Source of the DNA: an uncultured virus (IMG/VR IMGVR_UViG_3300013923_000004)
Lineage: Duplodnaviria > Heunggongvirae > Uroviricota > Caudoviricetes
Reading direction: 5' to 3' (one strand)
Length of the DNA: 64,000 bases
IMG/VR virus record: IMGVR_UViG_3300013923_000004
Coordinates: 1 to 64,000 of that record
Positions 19,198 to 29,674 of the stretch are shown here, one piece after another. The first letter of the stretch is position 1. The number at the start of each line of letters is the position of its first letter. The translations under genes and the position numbers were made by a program. Under the pieces are notes generated by a model, which had not been told where the DNA came from, ran no database searches, and worked only from the letters and a program-made list of their open reading frames with translations.

Positions 19198-19292
19198 CCC
19201 GCCGCGCCCTCCGCCACTTCGCTATCGCCCTCCTCGCCGCGCAAGCGGCGGGCTGGGCTCTTAGTGCCGTAATTACAGGAAGCCTGTTATGA
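19194..19292 (+). CDS. 32-aa hydrophobic microprotein, absent from the ORF track
   Basis: GTGA and ATGA overlaps at both ends; MTRRALRHFAIALLAAQAAGWALSAVITGSLL. Confidence 0.5.
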   Translation: MTRRALRHFAIALLAAQAAGWALSAVITGSLL

Positions 19293-20323
19293 CGACGTAT
19301 ACGCTCTTCACTGATCCGCACCTGGGAACCAGGCGCGCGGCCCACACCACCCGAGACTCCTCGAAAAAGCTGACCCTCTCCTTGTTCAAGCAGGCGTGGG
19401 ACATCATCGAAGACGCTGAAAACCCGGTATGCCTTGGGGACTTGTTCGATCGCGCCTTCAACGACGAATCAATCTTGGTCCAGGGTTACGAGATCGCCAG
19501 CAATTGCCGCTGGGTGCTGGCGGGGAACCATGATGAGAGTAATAGGGCTGACACGGTAACCAGCCTCCGCGCGCTCCAGGAAATGGGTTGCCCTGTCATC
19601 TCGTCCCCTAGCCTGTCGGCGCCATACTTCTTTGCGGACGGCCCCATGTATTTCGTCCCGCACCACGCCAGCCAGCAGCTGTTCGAACAGGCGATGCTGG
19701 ACGCGGCAGAGCATGCGGCCCGCGAGCGCGCCGGCCGAGCCAGCGTACTGATGCTGCACTGCAACTACGACCAGCCGTTCGCTACCGAGGACGACACCCT
19801 CAACCTGTCGCCGGCAGTAGCCAACCTGATGTTGGAGTCGTTCGACTACATCTTCCTCGGCCACGAGCACAAGCCGTCCACCCACTTCGACGGCCGCGTG
19901 GTGATCCTGGGCAACACGCACCCGACCAGCTTCGGAGACCTGTCTGACAAGTTCTCCTACCAGCTGGAGATCACCGACTACGAGATCAACCTGCGTAAGG
20001 ATCGCATCTGGTCCAAGGACGAGCGATTCGCGTCAGTCATGTTCGGGCAGGAGCTGCCGGACCTGAGTGGCGTGCAGTTCATCGACGTGATCGGCGCTGC
20101 AGACGAGGCCGTCGCTGTCGCCGACTTCATGCAGCAGGTGTGGGAGAACGCCCCGGACGCATTGGCAGTTCGCAACAGCGTCTCGGTGGCCGGCGTGAAC
20201 GTGGTCGACGACGAGGCCGAGAAACCGGTTGTCGAGGATCTGCGCACCCGAATCAGCCGAGAACTGGACGGCACTGACCTGGCTGACCTGTTCAGCGAGC
20301 TGGCGAAGGAGGTGGCGGTATGA
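19289..20323 (+). CDS. SbcD/Mre11-like metallophosphoesterase nuclease
   Basis: DPHLG, GDLFD, GNHD, LGHEH. Confidence 0.9.
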   Translation: MTTYTLFTDPHLGTRRAAHTTRDSSKKLTLSLFKQAWDIIEDAENPVCLGDLFDRAFNDESILVQGYEIASNCRWVLAGNHDESNRADTVTSLRALQEMGCPVISSPSLSAPYFFADGPMYFVPHHASQQLFEQAMLDAAEHAARERAGRASVLMLHCNYDQPFATEDDTLNLSPAVANLMLESFDYIFLGHEHKPSTHFDGRVVILGNTHPTSFGDLSDKFSYQLEITDYEINLRKDRIWSKDERFASVMFGQELPDLSGVQFIDVIGAADEAVAVADFMQQVWENAPDALAVRNSVSVAGVNVVDDEAEKPVVEDLRTRISRELDGTDLADLFSELAKEVAV

Positions 20324-20652
20324 CGCCACAATTCGAAATTGGCACCAAAGTCCTGATCACCACAGACAACTGGTTCTATGCGCCGGACGGGAAGCAGTAC
20401 CGGTCAGCCTACGGCACTGTCCGTGGCATACACACCGACGAGAAGACGTTGGGGATCCGGACAAACGCCCGTTCTACCAACTGGTACGTGCAGGTCGGTG
20501 ATCTGATGATCGCCGGCTGCCAGGTCCACTACGCGGTACGCACCGACAAGTGCCACCTCGGCTCGACGACAGACTGGAAAGAGGTCGACGGTGTGGTCGT
20601 TGAGTACCGCCGTCCTGCGTGTATCTACGACGCCGACGGAGGTCAGCCATGA
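20320..20652 (+). CDS. Hypothetical phage protein
   Basis: Coupled ORF with GGAGG RBS. Confidence 0.7.
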   Translation: MTPQFEIGTKVLITTDNWFYAPDGKQYRSAYGTVRGIHTDEKTLGIRTNARSTNWYVQVGDLMIAGCQVHYAVRTDKCHLGSTTDWKEVDGVVVEYRRPACIYDADGGQP

Positions 20653-20798
20653 AGCCAGCCCCACGCCCTTCCAGCGGCCTTGGCCCGCGCCTCGAGCAGC
20701 TGCTCCGAATCGAGGCTGAGTACGCCCCGCGCCTCTGCCTCAAGACCCTGCGTCTCCGGCTCTCCATTCGTCAAGCGATCAAGGAACTTGCCCGATGA
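20649..20798 (+). CDS. 49-aa hypothetical protein
   Basis: ATGA overlaps at both ends; GGAGG RBS. Confidence 0.5.
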   Translation: MKPAPRPSSGLGPRLEQLLRIEAEYAPRLCLKTLRLRLSIRQAIKELAR

Positions 20799-21070
20799 AA
20801 CTCGAAATCATCCGCGGCCCGGCGATGTCCGGGAAGACGACCAAGCTGCAAGAGATCCTGCGGAACGCGGGCGACAAAGGCGCATCGATCATGGCTGGGG
20901 TTTGGAGCCCCGGTAGCCTCGCACGATCGGTTGAGCGCATCGCCAGCGGCTCGCTGGTCACCACCATCACCATCGACGACTGCAGCGCCGACCAGCTGAC
21001 GATGCTGGAAAAGGTTTGCAAGGCCAGCCGCTGGCCGGGCGTGACGATCTATGCGGTGGAGGCGGCGTAA
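20795..21070 (+). CDS. Very small P-loop protein
   Basis: GPAMSGKTT and ITIDD within 91 aa. Confidence 0.6.
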   Translation: MKLEIIRGPAMSGKTTKLQEILRNAGDKGASIMAGVWSPGSLARSVERIASGSLVTTITIDDCSADQLTMLEKVCKASRWPGVTIYAVEAA

Positions 21071-21096
21071 GCCTCAGCCAACACAAGGAATTCACG

Positions 21097-23301
21097 ATGA
21101 AACTGATCAAGCTCGTTACCACCAACTTCAAGCGCCTGGGCACCTTCACCGCCAACTTCACCGACGGCCTGAACGTGATCTGCGGCGAGAACGCCCGCGG
21201 CAAGTCGACCCTGATCCAGGCTATCGAGGCCGCACTGTTCGGCGTGACCGTTGTGCCCGGCAAGAAAGAGCACATCCCGACCTGGGGTCAGACGACGTTC
21301 GGGTTGGAGCTGCATTTCGAGGTCGACAACGCCCGTTACATCCTGACCCGCAGCAAGTCGACGGCCAAGTTGGTCGAGCGTGCCAGCGGCGGGGACGCCC
21401 TCGTCGCCAACGGCAACACCCCGGTGACCGCCTACGTCGAAGAGCTGCTCGGCCTCACCGCTAAGGATTTCGCACTGTTCCTGAACTCGAAGCAGCATCA
21501 GACCTCCGGCCTGCTGTCCTTTGGCACGACCGCGCTGAACCAGAAGGTCGAAGAGTTCGCCGGCATCGCGCTGATCGACAGCATCATGACCCGCGCCCGG
21601 GCCATGGCGACCGCTGAGAAAGCTGCAGCCGACGCTTGCAGTGTGTCAGCAGAGGAGCTGGACCACGCACGCGCAGTGCTTGAAGCCGCCTCGTTCAGTG
21701 CGCAAGAAGCCACCTCTGCCTGCTACGCGGCGGAGACCGACCTCGACAACTTCCCGCCGCTGGCCGCTACGCCGCCCGCTGTGAGCTCTTCGGCCCTTCA
21801 GGCGACCCAACGTATTGCCCAGCGTGCGGAAAGCGCCCTGCGCGAAGCTGAGGCCGCTCTGGAGCACAAGCGTGAGGCCGTCGTCACGGCTGAGCAGGCG
21901 CTGGCAGAGTGCGGTGAGCTGGTGGACATCGACAGCGTCACCGCAGCGTCCGCCGAGAAAGGCGCCGTGCTTCGCCAGAAGCGTGCCCGTCTGGCTGACG
22001 TGAAGGAGCAGTTGGCCAGCGCAATCCGCGCCGAGGCTGAGCACGAGCAGGCGAAGACGGAGCTGGCGGCGATTGAGCCGGTGAACTTGGAGACGCTTGA
22101 AGAGCAGGAGCGCACCCACAAGCACTATGCCGAGGACGCGGCCCGCACCCGCGAGCTGATTGCCGTCGACAAGTCCAAGCTGGCCGCGCTGCGCAAGCTC
22201 GAGAAGGACGCCACCTGCCCGACCTGCGGCACGGCGCTGGCCGAGCATGACCCTGAGCAGCTGGCCGAGGAAATCGCCACGCTCGAGAAGCAGATCTCCG
22301 ACCTGGGTGTGGGCCTTTCGCTGGCCACCGCCGGTGAGGCCGAAGGGACCAAGCAGCTGGCCACCATGCGAAAGCGCATCGATCAGCGCGCTGCCAAGCA
22401 GGCCGAGGTCGAGAAGTGGGCCGCCAAGCTGGTCGACGCCAGTGTGGTCAACGACCTGCGCGGCGAGGCGAGCAGCCTGGAGTCGGTGATCGAAGAACTG
22501 CAGGGTGAGGTCGCCGCCCTCAAAGCCAAGGCTGACGCCGGCGCAGAGGCGAACGAACGGCGAGCTGCGGCGGAACGTCGGCTGAACCAGGCCCACAAGA
22601 ACGTCGCCAGCGCTGAGGACTCCGTAGTTGAAGCGCGTCAGGCACTGGTGGCCGACGCCCCGACTGATGAGCAGATCGCCGCAGCTCGTGCGGCTGAGGA
22701 CGCTTACGCCCAGGCCAAGGCCGAGTGGGACCGTAGCTACCAGGCGGCGCAGCACGCTGTGGACATGGCCGTGCGTGACGAGGCCGTCGCAGCCAAGGAA
22801 CTGAGAGAGGCCCAGCACCGCGTCGAGGTGCTGGAAAGCACTCTGCAGAAGGTGAAGGGCCACGAGATCGCCGCAGACCGCGCTGGCCGGCTGGCCCGCT
22901 TCTTGGCTGATCGCCGGGTCCAGTACCTGCGCGACGTATGGGAAACGGTAATGGCTGTGGCCTCGCGCCAGGTCAAGGCAGCAACCCGCGGCGAGATCAC
23001 CCGTATCACCAACGAAGACGGCGACTTCTGCTACGAGGAGGACGGCGTGGTTGCACCGGTCGCGTGTGCTTCCGGCGCGCAGAAGGCGTTCATCGGCTCA
23101 GCTGTTCGTATCGGCCTGGCCCGCGCGTTGTATGGCTCGGACAGCCTGCTGATCTTCGACGAGCCCACTGAATCCATGAGCGAGCACAACGCGACGGGAC
23201 TGGCCGCGTCCTTGGCGGGAAGCGCCAAGCAGCTGTTGCTCATCACCCACCGCGAACAGGATCAAGCCCTGGCCGCGAACATCATTGAAGTTGGAGTTTG
23301 A
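21097..23301 (+). CDS. SbcC/Rad50-like ATPase
   Basis: GENARGKS, coiled coil, CPTCG zinc hook, SGAQK, LIFDEP, ITH. Confidence 0.92.
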   Translation: MKLIKLVTTNFKRLGTFTANFTDGLNVICGENARGKSTLIQAIEAALFGVTVVPGKKEHIPTWGQTTFGLELHFEVDNARYILTRSKSTAKLVERASGGDALVANGNTPVTAYVEELLGLTAKDFALFLNSKQHQTSGLLSFGTTALNQKVEEFAGIALIDSIMTRARAMATAEKAAADACSVSAEELDHARAVLEAASFSAQEATSACYAAETDLDNFPPLAATPPAVSSSALQATQRIAQRAESALREAEAALEHKREAVVTAEQALAECGELVDIDSVTAASAEKGAVLRQKRARLADVKEQLASAIRAEAEHEQAKTELAAIEPVNLETLEEQERTHKHYAEDAARTRELIAVDKSKLAALRKLEKDATCPTCGTALAEHDPEQLAEEIATLEKQISDLGVGLSLATAGEAEGTKQLATMRKRIDQRAAKQAEVEKWAAKLVDASVVNDLRGEASSLESVIEELQGEVAALKAKADAGAEANERRAAAERRLNQAHKNVASAEDSVVEARQALVADAPTDEQIAAARAAEDAYAQAKAEWDRSYQAAQHAVDMAVRDEAVAAKELREAQHRVEVLESTLQKVKGHEIAADRAGRLARFLADRRVQYLRDVWETVMAVASRQVKAATRGEITRITNEDGDFCYEEDGVVAPVACASGAQKAFIGSAVRIGLARALYGSDSLLIFDEPTESMSEHNATGLAASLAGSAKQLLLITHREQDQALAANIIEVGV

Positions 23302-23750
23302 CGATGCTCATACAAACCAAAATCCTTGACCGGCGCCTCACCGGTGAGTGGCTGCCGAAGTTTGCTACAGACGGATCAGCTGGTATGGACCTGCGGGCGA
23401 TGGTTGATGAGGGATTGACTCTGCAGCCAGGCGAAACAGTGCTGATCCCAACTGGCCTGTCGATCTTCATCGAGGACCCAGGCTACGCAGCAATGCTGCT
23501 GCCTCGCTCAGGCATTGGTCACAAGCACGGCATCGTGCTAGGCAACCTTGTTGGATTGATCGACTCGGATTACCAAGGACCTCTGATGGTCAGCTGTTGG
23601 AACAGAGGTAGTGCGCCATTTGACATTGCGGTCGGTGATCGCATTGCGCAGATGGTGATAGTTCCGGTCGTGCAGCCGCAGATGGTGATGGTCGACTTTT
23701 TTGCTACCTCCCGCCGCGGCGAAGGTGGCTTCGGGAGCACAGGCAAGTGA
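23298..23750 (+). CDS. dut: Trimeric dUTPase
   Basis: [37 protein letters not shown]. Confidence 0.96.
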   Translation: MTMLIQTKILDRRLTGEWLPKFATDGSAGMDLRAMVDEGLTLQPGETVLIPTGLSIFIEDPGYAAMLLPRSGIGHKHGIVLGNLVGLIDSDYQGPLMVSCWNRGSAPFDIAVGDRIAQMVIVPVVQPQMVMVDFFATSRRGEGGFGSTGK

Positions 23751-23950
23751 TCTGCGAGATCTGCCGAGGTGGGGTTCATCTGAACCCCGCTGACCACCTA
23801 CCTCCTGTTGGCTGCGCCATCTTGATCCAGGTTGACGGAGAGTTAGTTAGGGCCGAGAGAACTTCATTCATACAAAGCCGAGACAGGCAGATGGTGTACA
23901 AGACACCAAACGGTGAAATCGCAGGGAGGTTCATGTGGACGTACCCGTAG
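23747..23950 (+). CDS. Hypothetical protein
   Basis: Coupled GTG ORF. Confidence 0.5.
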   Translation: MICEICRGGVHLNPADHLPPVGCAILIQVDGELVRAERTSFIQSRDRQMVYKTPNGEIAGRFMWTYP

Positions 23951-24489
23951 ACAAGGCACCAATCAGAGCCAAGCTCCTTGAACTATTCGAGGATACCGGC
24001 AACTCATTGCGGTGGAAAGTAACCCAAGGTAGGGCGAGAGTCGGGGACGTACCTTCCGGCGTCAATTCGGAGGGATATCTACGGGTGTCTGTCGGTCGGA
24101 AGCGGTTGTATGTGCATAGGGTGTTATGGGTGATGCGTAACGGCCCAATACCTGTCGGAATGCAGGTTGACCACATCGACGGTGACCGTAGAAACAACCG
24201 TGCGGACAATCTTAGGCTGGTGTCGGTTAGCCAGAATCGTTGTAACGCCAGGATCAGATGTGACAACTCATCAGGGGTCAAAGGAGTTGACTGGCTGAGC
24301 GGAAAGAAACGGTGGCGGGTGCGTTGCCAGATTTACGGCAAGGTAGTAGAGGTCGGTTACTTCAAGGACCTGGCGACTGCTGAAGAGGCGGCTAAGGAGG
24401 CTAGAAGGACTATGCACCGTGAACACGCCAACATGGGTGTTCACAGTTCGGAAAATATGAGATGTGAAGGCGTGGATCCGACGCGCTGA
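23935..24489 (+). CDS. HNH-AP2 homing endonuclease
   Basis: VHRVLW, VDHIDGDRRNNRADNLR, NSSGVKGV..WRVR..GYF. Confidence 0.88.
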   Translation: MDVPVDKAPIRAKLLELFEDTGNSLRWKVTQGRARVGDVPSGVNSEGYLRVSVGRKRLYVHRVLWVMRNGPIPVGMQVDHIDGDRRNNRADNLRLVSVSQNRCNARIRCDNSSGVKGVDWLSGKKRWRVRCQIYGKVVEVGYFKDLATAEEAAKEARRTMHREHANMGVHSSENMRCEGVDPTR

Positions 24490-24492
24490 ACC

Positions 24493-24837
24493 TTACTCCT
24501 CGTCCTTCGTCGGCGGAGGCTGCTGAGTAGCCCGCAACAAAACGGGGATGGTGTTCTTCGCCACGGAGAGCACCACCTCGAATCCCTTCAAACCGGTGGC
24601 ACCGATCAGCAGGACCACCGCGTCTCTATTCGCCCATTCTGGCGAGACAATCCCCCCAAACAGCATTCCCAGGTAGAACCCCACCACGGTGGTGGAGAAC
24701 AGCGTCAGCAGCGCGACCGGCTGTCCACCCTTCCTCGCCACCTGCCACAAACAGCCGACCAGGGCTGCAAACGCCCCGAGCGTGCCGAAGTAGAGGTAAT
24801 CCTGAGCCTTATCGAACCACTCCGGCGGAATCTTCAA
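24493..24837 (-). CDS. Putative holin
   Basis: About three hydrophobic segments; TTG start with AAGGA RBS; last gene of the lysis cluster. Confidence 0.65.
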   Translation of the reverse strand: MKIPPEWFDKAQDYLYFGTLGAFAALVGCLWQVARKGGQPVALLTLFSTTVVGFYLGMLFGGIVSPEWANRDAVVLLIGATGLKGFEVVLSVAKNTIPVLLRATQQPPPTKDEE

Positions 24838-24848
24838 TGGGTGGTTCC

Positions 24849-25163
24849 TTACTCGCAGGCGTCTTTGGTGATCAGGTCCAGGACGAGCCAGTAGGCTGCG
24901 CAATTGCTGAGCACGAACATCTGGAAAACTCGAAGCGAAAGGAACGTTTTGCCATACACCTCCAGCGCGTAGGCATTGGCTGCCATGAAGGTCAGCGTGC
25001 ACACGGTCAGCAGTAGCAGAACGGCGGCCAGGCGGGTCTCCCTGCAGCGATCTTCCATGGATCTGACTCGACGCCAGGCCGAGTAGAGCTTGAACAGCAG
25101 CGCTCCATACAAGAGGAATGGCGCCGCGTTGACGAACAGGTTGGACCACTGCTCAGCGTTCAT
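24849..25163 (-). CDS. Membrane protein, putative holin or antiholin
   Basis: Three hydrophobic segments; directly after the endolysin. Confidence 0.6.
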   Translation of the reverse strand: MNAEQWSNLFVNAAPFLLYGALLFKLYSAWRRVRSMEDRCRETRLAAVLLLLTVCTLTFMAANAYALEVYGKTFLSLRVFQMFVLSNCAAYWLVLDLITKDACE

Positions 25164-25621
25164 GCCGGGTACTCCTTGCGATCCAGCTCGAAGTGCGGGC
25201 CGTCAATGAACGCGTCCCGCCCGACCGCCTTGCGAGACTGTACATAGTCGGCGACGGCCTGCTTCGTGTCGTGCAGCAGGTTGAGTCGCTTGTCCCACAC
25301 CCCGCCCCACACGATCGGAACGCCAAGCTCGACAGCCGCGTCTCGCATCGCCTCCGCCAGTCTGTAGTAATGCTCCCAGTCCCATGACACCTGACCGCCG
25401 ACGTAGGCGCCGAGGTCGACCGCGTGGCCAGTGATGTGCCGGCCGTCCAGTGTCTTCGACTTGCCTTGGGCGACCAGCTGCTTCTGCCGGGTCGCGCTCC
25501 GCAGGCCCTCCAGGACAGTGAAATCGACCTTCGATCTGCGGATGGCAAGTCTGACCACTTTCTGCAGGTCTTGGTGGACCTCGGACAGCCGCTGTTCGCT
25601 GCGGCTACTCAGGTTGAACAT
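25160..25621 (-). CDS. Endolysin, M15 (L-Ala-D-Glu) peptidase
   Basis: LSEVHQDL, EGLRS..RQ, HITGHAVD, WGGVW, DGPHFEL. Confidence 0.92.
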   Translation of the reverse strand: MFNLSSRSEQRLSEVHQDLQKVVRLAIRRSKVDFTVLEGLRSATRQKQLVAQGKSKTLDGRHITGHAVDLGAYVGGQVSWDWEHYYRLAEAMRDAAVELGVPIVWGGVWDKRLNLLHDTKQAVADYVQSRKAVGRDAFIDGPHFELDRKEYPA

Positions 25622-25919
25622 TCGGCGTCTCTTCGGTTGGGGTTATGGCCCACGCCCGCCATCCGTTGTCACGCTCTTTGAGCATGCGCAGGATGACTTT
25701 CAGATCAGCCAGGCCTTGTTCTGACAAAGCGGCTTTCGCGGCGGGGTCGGACGGGTGAATGAAGCGAGGAAGGGAGTCGGGCTGGAACGGCGCCACGAGC
25801 CACTCCGGGGCGCGGCGCTCTACCTGGACTGGGACCAGGACCTCGACGGGCCTGTCGACGTACTCGGTGGTCGTGCACCCAGAGAGAATCAGTGCGAGGA
25901 GAACAGCGACTCTAGCCAC
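25605..25919 (-). CDS. o-spanin (Rz1-like lipoprotein)
   Basis: Lipobox LSGC, Pro-rich. Confidence 0.8.
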   Translation of the reverse strand: MARVAVLLALILSGCTTTEYVDRPVEVLVPVQVERRAPEWLVAPFQPDSLPRFIHPSDPAAKAALSEQGLADLKVILRMLKERDNGWRAWAITPTEETPNVQPE

Positions 25920-26230
25920 TGGTTCATCTCCTCCGGCGCTGTGCCTGTGGCACGGTCCTGTTGGATCTTGCGCGGAATTGCCTGCTGGACCGTATCGGCT
26001 CTTGCGGCGGCTGCGGTTGCAGCGGTCTCTGCGCTAACGCGGAGCAGGCTGACAGCTTCGTTCTGGCGACTAACGCTGGCCCGCAGTTCGCTATTCGCTG
26101 TTACGAGTCGGGTGTTTGCTTTGAGCGCCTGGTCCCGCTCCCGCTCGGCATCGCCCTTCTGCATCCAGAAGTTCCAGCACAGAAGCGCGCAGATCACTGC
26201 GAGTGCGTAAGGTTTCCAGTCGAAAGACAT
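25889..26230 (-). CDS. i-spanin (Rz-like)
   Basis: N-terminal TM plus coiled coil; overlaps the o-spanin. Confidence 0.8.
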   Translation of the reverse strand: MSFDWKPYALAVICALLCWNFWMQKGDAERERDQALKANTRLVTANSELRASVSRQNEAVSLLRVSAETAATAAAARADTVQQAIPRKIQQDRATGTAPEEMNQWLESLFSSH

Positions 26231-26299
26231 GATGGGTACCGGCCTGAGTTGGGTGAATCCTAACCTCAGGCCGTATTTATGGGAACCTTTATTTACAGG

Positions 26300-29200
26300 T
26301 CATAGCCGATAGAAGTTCGCCACTGGGCCGTGTTTCTTATAGATCACATACAGGCCCAACCCTCTCATGATCTCCCCGCCCCAAAACCCGAAGTACATCC
26401 CGTTATCAGATGACACCCTGACAGCAGGTGACCAAGCGCCGTCCATCGGGTGCCCGGGTACGCCGGTGACGACGTACTCAGTTCCCAGCTCTTTCACGCA
26501 CGCTTCGATCAGGTCATCCAGCCCAGGTTCGGTACTCCCTGCCATGGCTGCCAAGCAGGCGCCAGCCAGCCACAGCCCGCACATATGCCCAGTGAAGTCA
26601 CCCTCGAGTGGCGCTGACGGACGAGTTGGAGGAAAGTCAGTCGGGGTCAAACCACCACTGCGCTTGACGTAATCAGCCAACCATCTAATCCAATTGTTGC
26701 AGTACTCCACCAACTTAGTCGGAACTGGTTGCTCACGAGCAACCAGTTCCTGCCATACCCGGCAGGCTCCTTGGAATGCACGAGGCTGGTAACCAGACCA
26801 GGCGATTCCGTCCCCCCAGTGGTACATAGTGAACCGATCGGGCTCCCCGTACTTGAAGTTGTCCCAGCGGTTCCAGATATAAGCCGAAGCCACTGGCCCT
26901 AGTTCACCGATGATCCTTGCGTAGGCCTGCTGGGAGTCGTACAGGAAGTTGATCATGTTCGTTAAGTGGCGGTCATAGTTTCCGCTGCCCAAGTTCAGGC
27001 AGTAGATCAACGGGTACTGGTAGCCGGGGTACGGCATGCCGTGCCAAGAACTGATCTGATCAGTGCCCTCTGCGTAAATGTTCGAGAAAGGGATCACGCC
27101 AGGGCAGTAGGCCAAACTGTCATCTCGAAACCTCAGTGCGGTGCAATCTCCAAGGTACGCAGTGAACGGCTCTTCGCACGACAGCGTTACCCGGTACTTC
27201 ATCGTGTAGGCGTCGTCGAGCATGAACCGCTCTGGCATCTCATTTAAGCAGTAGTAGGACCAACTGACGTTCGTGTCCGAGCTGTTCTCCAAAACAACGA
27301 TGAAATCTTCGATGGTGGAGTAGGAAGGGGCAGACGGCCGAGGGTCGGTGTCAGCGTGGTAGGGCTGGTAGTAGTTCAGTCGCAGCGCCCCGCTGGGAAG
27401 GTACATCCGGACCCATTGATTATTTGTGCTCGGCAGGAGCCAGTACCACCGCCACTGATTGTCATCGGTGATTCGCAGGTTGGTTGGAGCATCCGATTTG
27501 TAGACGATAGCGTTCAGCGGGGCTCGGCCGCCTGGCTGCAGCCAGTTGCCGATAATCAGCTCGGCATCGTCGTTCCCGAACAGCGCCTCGACCGTTGGCC
27601 CGTCACGCCCGTCAACAATGTTGCTGGAGAATGAGTCGAAGTACTGTATGGGCCCGTACGATGCGATAGCTCTGGTGTCAGCCGGTATATAGCCCTCACC
27701 CCCTGAAGGCATGCCGTTTAGGCTGTAGTAGGACCAGGACACATTGGTCTGCGAAGAGCTATCCAGCAGGATAGAAAATTCTTCGATCTTGGTGTAGACC
27801 GGCGCACTGGGACTCGGCTCGCCGGGGTGGTTGGGTTGGTATCCGCTGAGGCGGAGCTGGCTCTTGAGCAGCGGTTTTGAGACCCACGCTCCGCTTGTGT
27901 CCTCCAGCATCCACCACCAACGCCACCCGTTGTCGTCCACGAAGCGTAGGTTGGTGTCACCATCGGATTTATAGACGATGAGGTCGATTGGCGCGGCTGG
28001 TCGCATGTCAATGTCCAGTCCGCCGTCGTCGTCGGGTATGAAGCAGTCCACTACTGGGCCCTCTCGCCCATCGACAATGTTGACCCCAGTGCCTGCGGCT
28101 TTGGTCACCCCTCCCCAAGTCGACACCAGGCCCACCGAGGCCATGATTGCGTTGCCTACGACTGCAGTGGCGCCGCGAGTAAGGCTCGTGATGCTGAAGT
28201 TACGCGCTCGAGGAACAGAGCTGTGTGACAAGGGTAGGGTCAGAACCCACGGGTCTTCCGCCGTGTCTGATTTCGACGGGTTTAAGATCATCCGGATTTC
28301 GGCTTTTACCGGTTTACCTGTGATCCCCTGACCCCCGAAATCCGTACTGATAATGGTGTCCTTGGTGACTCGGAACCAGACGGACTGCTGCTCCAGCGAC
28401 ACCTGGGCGCCCTGGTTTACCACCATCTTGATATACCCTTCCGAGTCCCTGGAATAAACCACCTGAGTGTCGCTGGGGTAGGTGAAGTCGTAAGAGATTC
28501 CATCTGTGAAGGGCGTCACGGCAGTCTTCGACTTACGGAAAAACTTGTCATTACCGTCGATGTTCGCGTACTCGTAGCAGGTGTACAGGCACGCGGACAT
28601 GGCCCTGTTGTACTTAGGGTCACCCGTGATAGTAGCCAACAGCAAGCAGGCGTCAGCAAACCATTGCTCGGCGTCTGACGCATTACCCATCTGGTTCACG
28701 GAGCCCAGAAGTGGAGTGTGCACAGGCCGGTTGTGCCACGGCTGGTTGCGGGCGAACCTATAGCCTCCATGCTCCTCAGGCAGCCTTACCGCGTAGTTCA
28801 CGAAGTAAACGCCGTTGAGCGACTGAGCCAGCTTGATCCTACCCACGTCCGCCGGCTCTATCGGGTGGAGGATATCGCCGCTGTCGACGTCGATGCGATT
28901 GTTGGTCCAGGCGTTCATCCACAAGACAGGGATCTCGGCTTCATCAACGCCCCAGTTTACTGAGTAGTTGTCCGCCCCGAGGTAGTCGTTCCATCTAACC
29001 CACGCCAGCGGGTCATAAGGCTTTGCAGGCATTGTGGTGACGCGGTAGCTGTCGTAGAGCAGGTCCCAGTCGATGGGGTTGTTGATCTTTTGCACGCTGC
29101 CGTTGATTGCCGCCCAAGTCATGTGCCCGCGGTGGGCAAAAGTCACAACGTCCAAATACTCCCCCCAGAACGGGGAGCCGTGCGGAATCTGGGCCTCGCC

Positions 29201-29674
29201 GTTAACGAAGCGCAGGGGCACGCACTTGTAGCCACCTTGGGTAGGCTCCTCTGGGTTGATAGGCCAATTGGCCAGGCACGGCTCTTTCGAATTGACTAGC
29301 CAGTTGCATATCCAGCGCCGCGGGGTGTTCGGGATCGGCTGCCCCGCGTAATAGTATTTGACATACCCGTCCCAGGCCCGGACAGCTGCGTCCAGGTACT
29401 CTTTGTCCTTAGTGGCCATATAGGCGTAGCAGTAGCCCAATATCAGCAGGGCTTGACCTTCTGTAGTCCCGTCCCCGTTTGGCTGGTACTCCATCCGAGT
29501 GGCAGCGATGAAATGCCTGTTGTTCGACAGTACACCTTCGGGGTTGATAACGAAGTGCTGCTCCGTGGGGTCGTCAGTCCTTCCGGTATTGTTCTTTAGG
29601 AAGGTGTGATGCCCTCTAATCAAGGCCAGGGCCGTTTTTACACTGCCGCCGGACCCGGTCAAGATGTTAAGCAT
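26300..29674 (-). CDS. Large tail-associated protein with GH8-like domain and tandem CBM11-like modules
   Basis: TTEGQALLILGY and NASDAEQW resemble GH8 motifs; two internal ~130-aa repeats with W..LRL..YQP; ATG 29674 overlaps the upstream gene end. Confidence 0.65.
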   Translation of the reverse strand: MLNILTGSGGSVKTALALIRGHHTFLKNNTGRTDDPTEQHFVINPEGVLSNNRHFIAATRMEYQPNGDGTTEGQALLILGYCYAYMATKDKEYLDAAVRAWDGYVKYYYAGQPIPNTPRRWICNWLVNSKEPCLANWPINPEEPTQGGYKCVPLRFVNGEAQIPHGSPFWGEYLDVVTFAHRGHMTWAAINGSVQKINNPIDWDLLYDSYRVTTMPAKPYDPLAWVRWNDYLGADNYSVNWGVDEAEIPVLWMNAWTNNRIDVDSGDILHPIEPADVGRIKLAQSLNGVYFVNYAVRLPEEHGGYRFARNQPWHNRPVHTPLLGSVNQMGNASDAEQWFADACLLLATITGDPKYNRAMSACLYTCYEYANIDGNDKFFRKSKTAVTPFTDGISYDFTYPSDTQVVYSRDSEGYIKMVVNQGAQVSLEQQSVWFRVTKDTIISTDFGGQGITGKPVKAEIRMILNPSKSDTAEDPWVLTLPLSHSSVPRARNFSITSLTRGATAVVGNAIMASVGLVSTWGGVTKAAGTGVNIVDGREGPVVDCFIPDDDGGLDIDMRPAAPIDLIVYKSDGDTNLRFVDDNGWRWWWMLEDTSGAWVSKPLLKSQLRLSGYQPNHPGEPSPSAPVYTKIEEFSILLDSSSQTNVSWSYYSLNGMPSGGEGYIPADTRAIASYGPIQYFDSFSSNIVDGRDGPTVEALFGNDDAELIIGNWLQPGGRAPLNAIVYKSDAPTNLRITDDNQWRWYWLLPSTNNQWVRMYLPSGALRLNYYQPYHADTDPRPSAPSYSTIEDFIVVLENSSDTNVSWSYYCLNEMPERFMLDDAYTMKYRVTLSCEEPFTAYLGDCTALRFRDDSLAYCPGVIPFSNIYAEGTDQISSWHGMPYPGYQYPLIYCLNLGSGNYDRHLTNMINFLYDSQQAYARIIGELGPVASAYIWNRWDNFKYGEPDRFTMYHWGDGIAWSGYQPRAFQGACRVWQELVAREQPVPTKLVEYCNNWIRWLADYVKRSGGLTPTDFPPTRPSAPLEGDFTGHMCGLWLAGACLAAMAGSTEPGLDDLIEACVKELGTEYVVTGVPGHPMDGAWSPAVRVSSDNGMYFGFWGGEIMRGLGLYVIYKKHGPVANFYRL

